In this document: positions 30,694 to 39,914 of the stretch, piece by piece
Position numbering within the stretch: the stretch's first letter is position 1
How the letters are laid out: every line of letters begins with the position of its first letter
Origin: Ostreococcus lucimarinus
Taxonomy: Eukaryota
NCBI GenBank assembly: GCA_000092065.1
Contig: CP000594.1
DNA: 64,000 nt
Direction: 5' to 3' (one strand)
Program-made: the position numbers and the translations under genes
Notes under the pieces: model-generated
What the model was told of the DNA's origin: nothing
What the model saw: the letters and a program-made list of their open reading frames with translations, nothing else
The model's database searches: none

Positions 30694-31449
30694 ATGTCGT
30701 ACGACGACGGGGAACCGCTGATCGACGCGCGCTCGGCGCGGGTGAAGCGGACGGGGCGCAAGAGCGCGGCGCCGCCGGTGACGCGGCCGGGGATCTTGAA
30801 GTCCAAAGCCGCGGCGCTGCGAGAAATCGACGAGGCGACGCGAGGCGACGAGGAGGCGGCGGAGGCGGCGGGGGAGGCGGAGGACGACGACGGGCGGTCG
30901 CGAAGGAAACGGCGGGACGGGGAGAGGGCGGAGTTGACGTCGACGGCGAGCGTCGTGGAGTGGATGGTTCGATCGACGGATGATATGCTGGACGATTTGG
31001 AGGCGCGAGAACCGCCGGGCGCCGTCGCGGCGTGGGCGCTGAGTAAACGCGCGGAATCCGTGGTGGGGAATCCGGCGGTGAAGAAGACGGTGGACGTCGT
31101 CGGTAAGGTTGGCGTGGCGGCCGTGCGCGCGGCGGCGCCCGTGGTGGCGGATGGCGCGGGGAAGGTGGTGAAGGAAGGGTCGAAATTAGCCGTCAAGGCG
31201 GCGGTGAGCGCGGCGACGGCCAAGGTTGGATACGACAAGCGCGAACGCGAGAAAGAACGATCGACCCCGTTCGGGGGGCTGCTGGGAGGGAATAAGAAGA
31301 CGCCGCCGCTGGAATCCGAGAGGGAGAAGAAGAAAAACCCATTCGCGTTCCCGTCGCTCGCGAAGAAACCAGAACCCGAACCGCCGAGAGGCTTGTTTGG
31401 GCGCAAGAAGGATGACAAGCCGAAGAGAGGATTCTTCGGCGGGAAGTAG
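30694..31449 (+). CDS. Hypothetical Lys/Ala/Val-rich protein (251 aa)
   Basis: ATG at 30694 (MSYDDGEPLIDARSARVKR...). A coherent non-repetitive central region (SVVEWMVRSTDDMLDDLEAREPPGAVAAWALSKRAESVVGNPAVKKTVDVVGKVG). The upstream part of the ORF-track ORF is Arg-rich antisense-type sequence. Confidence 0.4.
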   Translation: MSYDDGEPLIDARSARVKRTGRKSAAPPVTRPGILKSKAAALREIDEATRGDEEAAEAAGEAEDDDGRSRRKRRDGERAELTSTASVVEWMVRSTDDMLDDLEAREPPGAVAAWALSKRAESVVGNPAVKKTVDVVGKVGVAAVRAAAPVVADGAGKVVKEGSKLAVKAAVSAATAKVGYDKREREKERSTPFGGLLGGNKKTPPLESEREKKKNPFAFPSLAKKPEPEPPRGLFGRKKDDKPKRGFFGGK

Positions 31450-31597
31450 AGTTAGCGCATGCAATTGGAAGGCTCAATTACAAAAGATGTTCGCCGCGCA
31501 ATAGATTTTGAAAATTTGCGCTCGCGGTGGCGCGTTGTATATGTAGTAAAAGTGTCGAGACGGCGGACGTCGTCGAATAAGTTATTATTTTGGTTGT

Positions 31598-31640
31598 CGA
31601 TCCGTCGCGACGGAGTCGCGCAGATCCTCGTGACGGATCG
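31598..31640. other. Palindromic hairpin (9-bp stem CGATCCGTC/GACGGATCG, about 25-nt loop) in the convergent 3' region, flanked by the direct repeats GTAGTAAAAGTG / GTAGTAAAGTG
   Basis: The inverted repeat and flanking direct repeats are seen directly. They lie in an AT-richer spacer between two convergent genes. Confidence 0.5.
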
Positions 31641-31668
31641 GTTTCGATCCACGTAGTAAAGTGACGAA

Positions 31669-32814
31669 TTAGAAGCAGCAAATCCCCAAGCCACACAAGC
31701 CGCTGGACTTTTGCTCGACCACCGGCACGGTTTGCGCGGGCTTGTCGCTCGCAGCCGTCGTCTCCTCGGTCTTTTCGTTCCCTCCGAGCACGGATGGGAT
31801 GATGGACAACGCGCGGCCGATCAACTTGCCAGGCATGGCGAACAGACCACCCATCTTTTCCTTGGCAGCCTTTTCTTCGGCTTCCCTGCGCGCGGCTTCG
31901 GCGGCGGCGGCGGCGGCTTGCTTCTCGGCGAGTTCGCGCTCTTCCTTCGCCTTCTTCGCCGCAGCTTCAGCCTCGGCAGCCTCTTTTTCGGCTTGCTTTT
32001 TAGCGGCGCGCGTTTTTGCATCCTCAGCCTCCTTCTTCGCCTTTTCGGCGGCTTCGGCGGCTTCGGCTTCGGCTTCCTCGGCCGCTTTCTTCGCCGCCTC
32101 GCGCTCGGCGGCTTCCTTTCTCGCGGCCTCGGCTTCAGCCTTGGCCTTTTCAGCGTCAGCCTTAGCCTTTGCTTCGGCGGCGATGCGTTCCTCTTCGGCC
32201 TTGTTCTTCGCCGCCTCCTCGGCTTCCTTGATCGCCTGCTTTGCCGCCTCCTCGGCTCGCTTCTTCTCTTCCTCGAGCGCCTTTTCGGCCGCCTTCCTCT
32301 CCTCCTCGGCGGCCTTTTCAGCCGCCTTCTTCTCCTCGGCAGCCTTCGTCGCGGCCGCCTCCTCAGCCGCAGCCTTCGCCTCAGCCGCGGCCGCGGCCGC
32401 CTTCTCAGCCGCCTCGCGCTCGTCGTTCTCAGCCTTTCTGTACGCCTCCCTCGCCTCCTCCAACTTTGCCTCCTCCGCCGCCTTCTCCGCCGCCAACTCC
32501 GCGAGCTTCGCCTCCGCCGCCGGATCCGCGTTCTTTTTACTCGCGCTCTTCGCCAGCTTCGCCTCCGTCTTCGCGTTCGTCTTGATCGACTTTTGCGACG
32601 TCAAGATCGCCTTCACCGCCTCCTTCTTCGTCGTCTCGGAGTCCGCCTTCGTCGCCTTCGCCTCCGCCTCCGCCCGCGCCCGCACCTCCGCCTTCGCCGC
32701 GGCCTCGGCCTCGGCCTCCGCCACGATGTCCTCCTGCGCGCGACGCATGAAGCTCAGCATCCCACCGAACTTCTTCTCCGACGGCTGTCTCGCCAATTCT
32801 CCCGACTCGCTCAT
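31669..32814 (-). CDS. Ala/Glu/Lys-rich helical protein (381 aa) with a hydrophobic, Cys-rich C-terminus (GLCGLGICCF)
   Basis: Genuine ATG. About 280 aa of an AEEAAKKAE-type charged helix. The C-terminus ...MGGLFAMPGKLIGRALSIIPSVLGG...SSGLCGLGICCF is a possible lipidation or membrane anchor. Long spurious antisense ORFs overlap on the plus strand. Confidence 0.5.
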   Translation of the reverse strand: MSESGELARQPSEKKFGGMLSFMRRAQEDIVAEAEAEAAAKAEVRARAEAEAKATKADSETTKKEAVKAILTSQKSIKTNAKTEAKLAKSASKKNADPAAEAKLAELAAEKAAEEAKLEEAREAYRKAENDEREAAEKAAAAAAEAKAAAEEAAATKAAEEKKAAEKAAEEERKAAEKALEEEKKRAEEAAKQAIKEAEEAAKNKAEEERIAAEAKAKADAEKAKAEAEAARKEAAEREAAKKAAEEAEAEAAEAAEKAKKEAEDAKTRAAKKQAEKEAAEAEAAAKKAKEERELAEKQAAAAAAEAARREAEEKAAKEKMGGLFAMPGKLIGRALSIIPSVLGGNEKTEETTAASDKPAQTVPVVEQKSSGLCGLGICCF

Positions 32815-33306
32815 CGTCGACGGATGGATTGGATTGAATGCGAAATTAATGAATGCTCGCGGTCACGTCGTCGATGCCGACGCCTTCCGCGCGTTCGGAC
32901 GCCGCGCGTTTTACGCCGCGCGGTGTTTCGATGCGCGACGATCGACTCCGGCGCGCCGTCGCGTTCGGCCTCGATTCGGGCGCGTCGCGTCGGCGTGTGC
33001 GCCGCGCCGATTCGACGATTCGACAATTCGCGGATTCGACGCGAACGCATCGTCGGATCGCGATCGGATCGTTTTTAGCGCGCGCTCGACGCGTCGACGT
33101 CTCGTACGCGACGTCGCGATTCGCCCATGTGGTGCGCGCGCGATCGGCGATCGGACGATCGGCGGGTGGTCGATCCCGTCGACTCGCGATCGGTCGATCG
33201 GGGGGGGGTCTCTTTGCGCGACACGGACCGACGGACGCGCGCGACGCGACCGCCCGATCGACCGACGGCGCGCGCGCGCTCCAGCGCGACGCGACCGCGC
33301 GGGACG

Positions 33307-34344
33307 ATGGCGCGCGCGCGACGGCGCGACTCGGCGCGCGTCGTCGTCGCGGCGTGCGTCGCGGCGTGCGTCGTCGTCGGTCGATCGGGCCGCGCGGATG
33401 GGTTCGCGGGACGGCGACCGGCGCGGGACGGCGACGGCGCGCGCGACGGCGACGACGACGGCGCGCGCGAGAACTGGGCGCTGATCGTGGACGCGTCGAG
33501 GTATTGGTTCAATTATCGACACGGCGCGAACGCGCTGTCGATGTACAGGAGCGTGAAACGGATGGGGATTCCGGATTCGCGCGTGGTGCTCATGCTCGCG
33601 GACGACCACGCGTGCGACGCGAGGAATCCCGCGCACGGACGCGTGTACGGCGACGAGGACAGGGGCGTGGAGCTGTACGGAGACGACGTGGAGGTGGATT
33701 ACAGAGGGACGGAGGTGACGCCGGAGCGCGTGATTCGAGTGCTGACGAATCGACACGAACGCGGGACGCCGCGGTCGAAAAAGTTGCTCCCGGGGGCGCG
33801 GAGCAACGTGTTGATATACATCACGGGACACGGCGGCGATGGGTTCATTAAGTTTCAGGATCAGACGGAGTTGCGGGCGGAGGAGATCGCGGACGCGCTG
33901 GCGCAGATGCACGCGCGGGATCGGTACAACGAGGTGTTGTTTTTGGCGGATACGTGTCAGGCGGCGACGCTCGCCAAGGCGATTCGATCGCCGAGGGTGC
34001 TGGCGCTGAGCTCGAGCGGGTTGGGGGAGAACTCGTACTCGCGGTTTCTCGATCCCGGGCTCGGCGTGCACGTGATCGATAGGTTCACGTATCACGTGTT
34101 GGAGTTTTTCGAAAAGCTCAAACCGGAGAGCGCGAACACGATGGGCGAGCTCGAGGCGTCGCTCACGCCGGATAAGTTGATGTCGCGCGCGGTGTTGGAC
34201 GTGAAGACGTTCACGCACAGAAACGCGCGCGCGATGAAACTGAGCGAGTTTTTCGGCGCGGTGTGCAAGGCGCGCGCGTTGACGGGGGCTTTCGATTGGT
34301 TCGTCGGGGCGAAATCGACGGCGGACGCGCCGGTAGACGGTTAG
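33307..34344 (+). CDS. PIGK: GPI-anchor transamidase catalytic subunit GPI8/PIGK (peptidase family C13)
   Basis: Signal peptide MARARRRDSARVVVAACVAACVVVG, then NWALIVDASRYWFNYRHGANALSMYRSVKRMGIPDSRVVLMLADDHACDARNP, the catalytic His in ITGHGGDGF, and the Cys in LFLADTCQAATL. An upstream in-frame ATG at 33127 would add a 60-aa Arg-rich extension. Confidence 0.85.
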   Translation: MARARRRDSARVVVAACVAACVVVGRSGRADGFAGRRPARDGDGARDGDDDGARENWALIVDASRYWFNYRHGANALSMYRSVKRMGIPDSRVVLMLADDHACDARNPAHGRVYGDEDRGVELYGDDVEVDYRGTEVTPERVIRVLTNRHERGTPRSKKLLPGARSNVLIYITGHGGDGFIKFQDQTELRAEEIADALAQMHARDRYNEVLFLADTCQAATLAKAIRSPRVLALSSSGLGENSYSRFLDPGLGVHVIDRFTYHVLEFFEKLKPESANTMGELEASLTPDKLMSRAVLDVKTFTHRNARAMKLSEFFGAVCKARALTGAFDWFVGAKSTADAPVDG

Positions 34345-34727
34345 AAACGTAGAAGTTGTATTAGTCATAGCGACGCAAGCATGTGTGTACACGACGCGCG
34401 CGCGAGACGTGGTGATTGGATCCGTCGCGAACACTCCAACTGTCCATTCTTGGCGGCAGTCTGGCACGCGGTCCGGTCGCGCGATCGAGCAGCCATTTCT
34501 GTAGAGTCACGATGTGACGACGTCGACGTGACTGGATCGACGTGACTCGATCACGAAAGCTAACGGACCACACAAACGCGACGATCGTACGAGTTCTGCG
34601 CCGAAGACGAGCAAAACAGTGTTTGTACGTGCGATCACAATCATCCAAACCCGCATCGACGCCGAAGACGCGTCGTCATCCGCGACACGCATCCGCGCGA
34701 GAGAATCGACGCCGCGCGCCCGATCGC

Positions 34728-35309
34728 TCACGCCGCCGCCGACTTTTTCGGCGCGGTTTCCTCGAGCCATTGTTTCGCCTCTTCTTTAATCGTGCGCAGC
34801 TCAATCATCAATTTCGGGTTGAACAGTAAGAAGTAATCGTTTGTCGCGACGACCGTGTTCAAAAGCAGCTCCGTAGATTCGACGACCATCTCCTCCAGCG
34901 TTCCTTTCAGCTCGTCGACGCGGCGAACGGCGCGAGCGACGTCCTCGCGCGCCTCAGCCTCCGCGACCGTCTCCGGCGACGGCGGTTCATCCGGCGGCGA
35001 AACGTCGTCACCGAAATCGTCTTCACCCAAGTCAAACTGCTGTTCCGGAGGCGACGCGGCGAGTCCTTCCGCCAGCGCGCGCGCGTCGACGCCGTCGTCC
35101 ATCCGCGTCTCCGGCGTCGGATCGGGCGTCGGACGCGGCGTCGCCGCCATCGCCGCGCGCGGCGTCAGCGTCGGCGCGCGCGACGACGGCACTTTGAAAA
35201 CGATCTCGCGCTTCGCCGGCGTCGTCGTCGCGGCCATAGTCGCCGGCGTCGTCGCCGTCGATCTCGCCGCGCCCGCGTCCGCCGCCTTCGTCTCTCGCGC
35301 GACGTCCAT
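34728..35309 (-). CDS. Hypothetical protein (about 193 aa) with a conserved-looking C-terminal helical domain
   Basis: The ORF-track start at 35360 is GTG. The first ATG is at 35309. C-terminus LKGTLEEMVVESTELLLNTVVATNDYFLLFNPKLMIELRTIKEEAKQWLE. No family assigned. Confidence 0.4.
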   Translation of the reverse strand: MDVARETKAADAGAARSTATTPATMAATTTPAKREIVFKVPSSRAPTLTPRAAMAATPRPTPDPTPETRMDDGVDARALAEGLAASPPEQQFDLGEDDFGDDVSPPDEPPSPETVAEAEAREDVARAVRRVDELKGTLEEMVVESTELLLNTVVATNDYFLLFNPKLMIELRTIKEEAKQWLEETAPKKSAAA

Positions 35310-35439
35310 CTTCCCCCCCGACGCCTCCGACGCCCCGCGCGCGTCGCGCGCCGTCTCCACGCTTTTCCTGCGCGCCGTCTCCGCGCGCGGCGTCGCTCGC
35401 GCCGTCGCAGTCGTCGTCTCTCGCGCGTCTCGATCGCGT

Positions 35440-35474
<35 letters not shown>

Positions 35475-35822
35475 CTTCTCCTCGCCATCGTCGATCGCCC
35501 GCGCGTCGCGCGCGTCCGCGCGCGCGCGCGCCGATCCGTCGTCGTCGGCGTCATCGCGCGCGCGCGCCGGCGCGTCCTCGTCGCTGTCGCTGACGTCGAA
35601 CTCCGTCAGCGACGGCGCGTCGTACCTGTCGCGAATCGAACCGTCGCGCGATAAAACTCAGTCTCCGCGCGTCGCTCCGTCTCCGCGCGCGCGCCGCGCG
35701 CGCGCGCGCGTCACGCACGTCATCGCGCGTCGTCGCTTGCGCGCGTCGTCGTCGTCGCGCGCCGCGTCGCGTTTCGGCGGTCGAAACGACGCCATTCGGC
35801 GGTCGAAACGGCGCGCGACAGA

Positions 35823-36554
35823 ATGACGCGCGACGGCGACGGCGACCGCGCGTGGTGCGTCGCCGGCGCGCGCGCGAGCGACGCGCATCGCGTGACGTAC
35901 GCCGCGTACGAGGTCTCGACGAGCGCGATCGCGGTGTACGTCGCGCGCAGACGAGCGATTGGTGAATTCGAATCGAGGCACCGCGATGACGACGAAAACG
36001 ACGACGCGACGACGCGCGACGCGCGCGCGTTCGTCGTCGACGTCGAAAAAACGCGGCGACGCGTTCGCGCGGAGCGAGGGTACGAGCTGGCGAGGACCGC
36101 GGCGGAGATGATGGCGAGGACGAAGCGGGCGTTCGAGCGGGACGAGGTGGCGGTGGCGGGGACGACGGCGACGCCGCGGCGAAAAGCGACGACGACGACG
36201 ACGACGGGAGCTTGGGCGGACGAGGGCGCGAGGGAAGGAGACACGGTTGAGATCGAGTGGGTGGAGCGCGAGGACGGGGAGGCGCGGGAGGTGACGTACG
36301 TGGAGGCGTTGGAATGGATCAACGAGGCGTTCGCGCGAGCGAGCGAACGAACGAAACGCGAACGGGAGGCGAAGAGACGGAGAGATGAGGGAAAGGGCGA
36401 GGATGAGAAAGGCTCGAGGAGCGCGAGTGCGACGCCGAAAGCGTCGCCGGCGAAGGGGACGAGCGTGGGGAAGTGGATGAGCGAGGCGACGCGGACGCGG
36501 CCAAAGTTGAAAGCCGTGGCGGAGCGAGAGAGATTGAATGAAGAAAACGAATGA
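35823..36554 (+). CDS. Hypothetical acidic/basic protein (243 aa)
   Basis: Genuine ATG. EIEWVEREDGEAREVTYVEALEWINEAFARASERTKREREAKRRRDEGKGEDEK. Its stop is 22 bp from the stop of the convergent gene. Confidence 0.4.
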   Translation: MTRDGDGDRAWCVAGARASDAHRVTYAAYEVSTSAIAVYVARRRAIGEFESRHRDDDENDDATTRDARAFVVDVEKTRRRVRAERGYELARTAAEMMARTKRAFERDEVAVAGTTATPRRKATTTTTTGAWADEGAREGDTVEIEWVEREDGEAREVTYVEALEWINEAFARASERTKREREAKRRRDEGKGEDEKGSRSASATPKASPAKGTSVGKWMSEATRTRPKLKAVAERERLNEENE

Positions 36555-36575
36555 TTGATTGAATTACGCGGCTAA

Positions 36576-38309
36576 TCATTTACCGTCGTTGAGCGTCCAG
36601 TCGTACGCGCGCGTCGTTAACGTGACGTCTTTGCCTTCGTCGAGCGCGCGCAGTAAACCTTCGCGATGTTTGCCTTGGCGCATGTACTTTGAGACGTATC
36701 GCAGACGCTCGGCGTCGGAATCGCCGAAGTCGAATTTGTACCACTCGCCGACGATTTTACTCACCGCCGCCGACGTCGCGTCGCCGTTTTCGGAGAGCTC
36801 TACGTCGATTTCCGACTCGAAGAAGGAAAACGCCGCGTCTTCGAGCTCGCGGTCGATATTCTCAGCCGTGTAGACGCGAATGGGAGGGCACGAACGCGCG
36901 CCGCACACCAACGCAAAGTGAATTCGAGGATCCATCGGCAGCACGACGTGGTTCCTTCGCGGATCCTTCTCGCGAAAAGGACCTCGCGACAGCGATGGTT
37001 TTCCCGCGAGCGCACCGATCGTGGCCGCGCCCGGTCGGTTCCCGCGCAAGATTCCGTTCTCGATGTCGTCGCACGTGTACACGGCGCCGGCGACGTCGTA
37101 CGAAACCTTGGAGAAGAAATCCAAACGCTCGAGCGTGTTCTTGGGCGTGCCAAACACACACGTTCCGTGAATCACGAGGGCATTGTACAGATTGATGAAA
37201 AACGCCATGCGTTCTTCGCGCGACAACGCGTTCAAGTTGACGCGCTGAAGCTCTTCGCACGCTTCGACGAAATCTTTAAAGCCGTCGCTCTGACGAACGC
37301 CATCGTAATCCACCGCGCGCCCGTCGTCGCTGAGAAATTCGTCATAGAGCTTCAGTATGCGTCCGCGAACATCCTCCGCGACGATTTTAGCGTCTCGCGC
37401 TTGTCCAACGTACAAATTCGCCGCGTTCAACGGCGCACACCCCAAAGACGGCGCCTCGGATCGAAAGCGAAACAGCGGCGCGTCCGCGGCGTCGACGACG
37501 CGAAACGCGTGCGTCGCGTCGACGTCACCGATCAATCGCTCGCGCACCATGGCCGCCCCCAACCGCGCAGCCTCTTCTTCCGTCGACGCTTTACCGTTTT
37601 TCATCATCCAATCCACCGCATCTTTCGCCGTGAACACGCCCTTATGCGTCTTCACCAGCCCGAAGACGCCATCCGACAACCCGCCGAATCGTCGCTCCGT
37701 CCTTCGCGTCACCCCCCCCGTCGTCGCCGCCATCGCCCGCGCCACCGCCGCCGCGTCCCCCGCCTCATTCGATCCCTTATTCACCAATTTCGTCAACCAC
37801 GACGACGACGACGACGTCGCCACCGCCGGCGCTTTCGGCGTCTCCAGCGTCCCGTTCGCGAACGCCTCGCTCGCCTCGCGAAGCGCCCGCGGCGCGCCGT
37901 CCATCCCTCTCTCCCTCGCCTCCCGCGCCTTGGCCACGAGATCGCCGCTTTCGATCCCCGCGCACGTATCGTCGGCGCCGCCGTATATCTCTCCCCCCAC
38001 GAACACCTGCGGCACCGATCGAAAGCCCGCGAGCGCCGACGACGCCGCGCGCAGCGCCGCCGCGTCGTCGACGCTAATCTCATCGAACGCGATCCCCGCC
38101 TCGCCGAGCGCGCTCTTCGCGCGCTTGCAGTGCGGACACGACGACGTGCCGACCACCGTGACCGACGTCGCGCCGTCCGTCGTCGCCGCGCGCGCGCGCG
38201 ACGCCGCGCGAGTCGACGCGTGATGTCCCGAGCGATGACGCATTCGCGTCGCGCGCGCGTCGACGAGCGCGCCGATCGTCGCGCGGACGCGACGCGGCGT
38301 CGCGCGCAT
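36576..38309 (-). CDS. Multidomain protein: glutaredoxin (CPHC) + DEP domain + DUF547
   Basis: Grx: VTVVGTSSCPHCKRAKSALGEAGIAFDEISVDD...VPQVFVGGEIYGGADD. DEP-like: GVFTAKDAVDWMMKNGKASTEEEAARLGAAMVRERLI. DUF547: FFINLYNALVIHGTCVFGTPKN...HFALVCGARSCPPIRVYTAENIDRELEDA. The ATG is taken at 38309 (MRATPRRV...). The ORF-track extension to 38888 is antisense to the MINDY gene. Confidence 0.7.
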   Translation of the reverse strand: MRATPRRVRATIGALVDARATRMRHRSGHHASTRAASRARAATTDGATSVTVVGTSSCPHCKRAKSALGEAGIAFDEISVDDAAALRAASSALAGFRSVPQVFVGGEIYGGADDTCAGIESGDLVAKAREARERGMDGAPRALREASEAFANGTLETPKAPAVATSSSSSWLTKLVNKGSNEAGDAAAVARAMAATTGGVTRRTERRFGGLSDGVFGLVKTHKGVFTAKDAVDWMMKNGKASTEEEAARLGAAMVRERLIGDVDATHAFRVVDAADAPLFRFRSEAPSLGCAPLNAANLYVGQARDAKIVAEDVRGRILKLYDEFLSDDGRAVDYDGVRQSDGFKDFVEACEELQRVNLNALSREERMAFFINLYNALVIHGTCVFGTPKNTLERLDFFSKVSYDVAGAVYTCDDIENGILRGNRPGAATIGALAGKPSLSRGPFREKDPRRNHVVLPMDPRIHFALVCGARSCPPIRVYTAENIDRELEDAAFSFFESEIDVELSENGDATSAAVSKIVGEWYKFDFGDSDAERLRYVSKYMRQGKHREGLLRALDEGKDVTLTTRAYDWTLNDGK

Positions 38310-38411
38310 GTCTCGCGCGCGCGTCGACCCGCGCGCGCGCGACGCGAGCGCCGACGCGCGACGCGACGCGTCGAAGAGTGTCGGCACGTCGGGACACCGC
38401 GACGCGAGACG

Positions 38412-39788
38412 ATGGCCGCGAGCGCCGTCGACGACGCGTGGTTCGCCGTCAAGGCGGTCGAGACGACGCATCCCGTGCGTCGCGTCGTCGCGCTGCGATG
38501 CCAGAACGAAAACGGCCCGTGTCCGCTGCTCGCGGTGGTGAACGCGCTGGAATTCAAGTCTGAGCTCGGTCGAGCCGGCGACGAAAACGACGCGAGCGAC
38601 GCGACGCGCGCCTCGACGCCGGCGTCGCTGCGCGAGACGATGTCGCGAGTGATGGAACACATGCTCGTGCGCGCGGAGGCGATGGCGAAGCGCGAAGACG
38701 TGGATGAGGAGACGGTGCGGATGACGCTGGACGACGCGACGGCGACGCTGGAGAGAAGCGCGAAGGGCGTCGACGTGAACGTGCGCTTCGACGCGTGCGA
38801 GAGCTTTGAGTACACGAAAGAGATGACGATGTTTGATCTGTGTGGGTTGAGGTTGGTGCACGGCTGGGTGGTGGGCGAGGTCGAACACGGCGCGGAGACG
38901 GCGCGGTTGTGCTCGAGCGTCGGTTACAACGGTTTGGTGGAGCGCCTGATTGATTTACGGACGACGGCGAGCGGTGAGGGGACGAGGGAAGGGCGAGAGG
39001 AAGGAAACGGTGAAACGCGAACGCTCGAGGCGTCGGTGAGCGGTGCGAGCGCGGGCGAGGCGCGGGAGGGGGAAACGTCGGGCGAACGCGAGGAGCGAGA
39101 ACTGTTGGAGCGCGCGATGAGGCTTTCGATGGAGGATTCGCGAGACGCCAAGCTCGCGAGAGCGATGCACGAGGCGGATTTGATCGAAACGTTTCTCAAC
39201 GATACCGCGAGTCAACTCACGCTCACGGGATTGGCGCAGATACGGGAGCGGATTCAAGAGCGCGAGTACGCGGTGCTGTTCCGAAACAATCACTTCTCCG
39301 TAATAACCAAGGTGGACGGCGAGCTCTACGCCCTGGTCACCGACAGCGGGTACCAGGATGAACCGGACGTCGTGTGGGAGGTGCTCGGCGGCGCGCGCGA
39401 TGGAACGTTCGCGAATTCAGAATTCAGACCGTTCGAGCCGCGCGCGGAGGGCGCCGGAGCAGCGTCGCCGACGACGCAAACGGCGTCGGCGCTTCCCGAC
39501 ACTTTTCTCCGCGCCGCGCCGTCGACGACGGAGCCCGCGTCGTCGCCGACGAGCGATGAAAAGTCCGATTACGCCGTCGCCCTCGAACTCCAAGCGCAAT
39601 TTGAAGAGGAGGAGCGCCTCGCGCTTCGCGCGGCGGAGCGACGCGTCGCCGAACGCCGCGCCGAGGCGCGAGCCGCGCAATCCCAACCGGCACCACCCGC
39701 GTCCTCGCGTCCGACGACTCGCGGCGCGCGCAAACCCAAACCTAAAAAATCATCTTCCTCCGTCGCCGACTCGTGCGCCATCATGTGA
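38412..39788 (+). CDS. MINDY-family (FAM63/DUF544) deubiquitinase with a C-terminal CaaX box (CAIM)
   Basis: RVVALRCQNENGPCPLLAVVNALEFKSEL (the MINDY catalytic Cys region), FRNNHFSVITKVDGELYALVTDSGY (His region), a Glu-rich UIM-like segment, and the C-terminus ...SCAIM. ATG at 38412. Divergent from the Grx-DEP-DUF547 gene, with about 100 bp between the ATGs. Confidence 0.7.
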   Translation: MAASAVDDAWFAVKAVETTHPVRRVVALRCQNENGPCPLLAVVNALEFKSELGRAGDENDASDATRASTPASLRETMSRVMEHMLVRAEAMAKREDVDEETVRMTLDDATATLERSAKGVDVNVRFDACESFEYTKEMTMFDLCGLRLVHGWVVGEVEHGAETARLCSSVGYNGLVERLIDLRTTASGEGTREGREEGNGETRTLEASVSGASAGEAREGETSGEREERELLERAMRLSMEDSRDAKLARAMHEADLIETFLNDTASQLTLTGLAQIRERIQEREYAVLFRNNHFSVITKVDGELYALVTDSGYQDEPDVVWEVLGGARDGTFANSEFRPFEPRAEGAGAASPTTQTASALPDTFLRAAPSTTEPASSPTSDEKSDYAVALELQAQFEEEERLALRAAERRVAERRAEARAAQSQPAPPASSRPTTRGARKPKPKKSSSSVADSCAIM

Positions 39789-39914
39789 TACCAATCTCAG
39801 ACGGTCCCGCCGTCGTCCCGCGCCGTCCGTCCCGCTCGCCGTCCCCGCGCCGAGCGGCACACTCTCGCCCGCGGTGCGATCGTCGCGCCTCGCCGATCGG
39901 CGCGAGATTTCACC

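Noticed and set aside
31711-33484. 455- and 580-aa plus-strand ORFs
   Set aside because: They are antisense to the Ala/Glu/Lys-rich gene. Their translations are L/R/G or A/S/F homopolymer-like.
36918-38411. The N-terminal 500 aa of the 956-aa ORF-track ORF on the plus strand
   Set aside because: It is antisense to the Grx-DEP-DUF547 gene and is R/H/P-rich with no domains. The real MINDY gene begins at ATG 38412.
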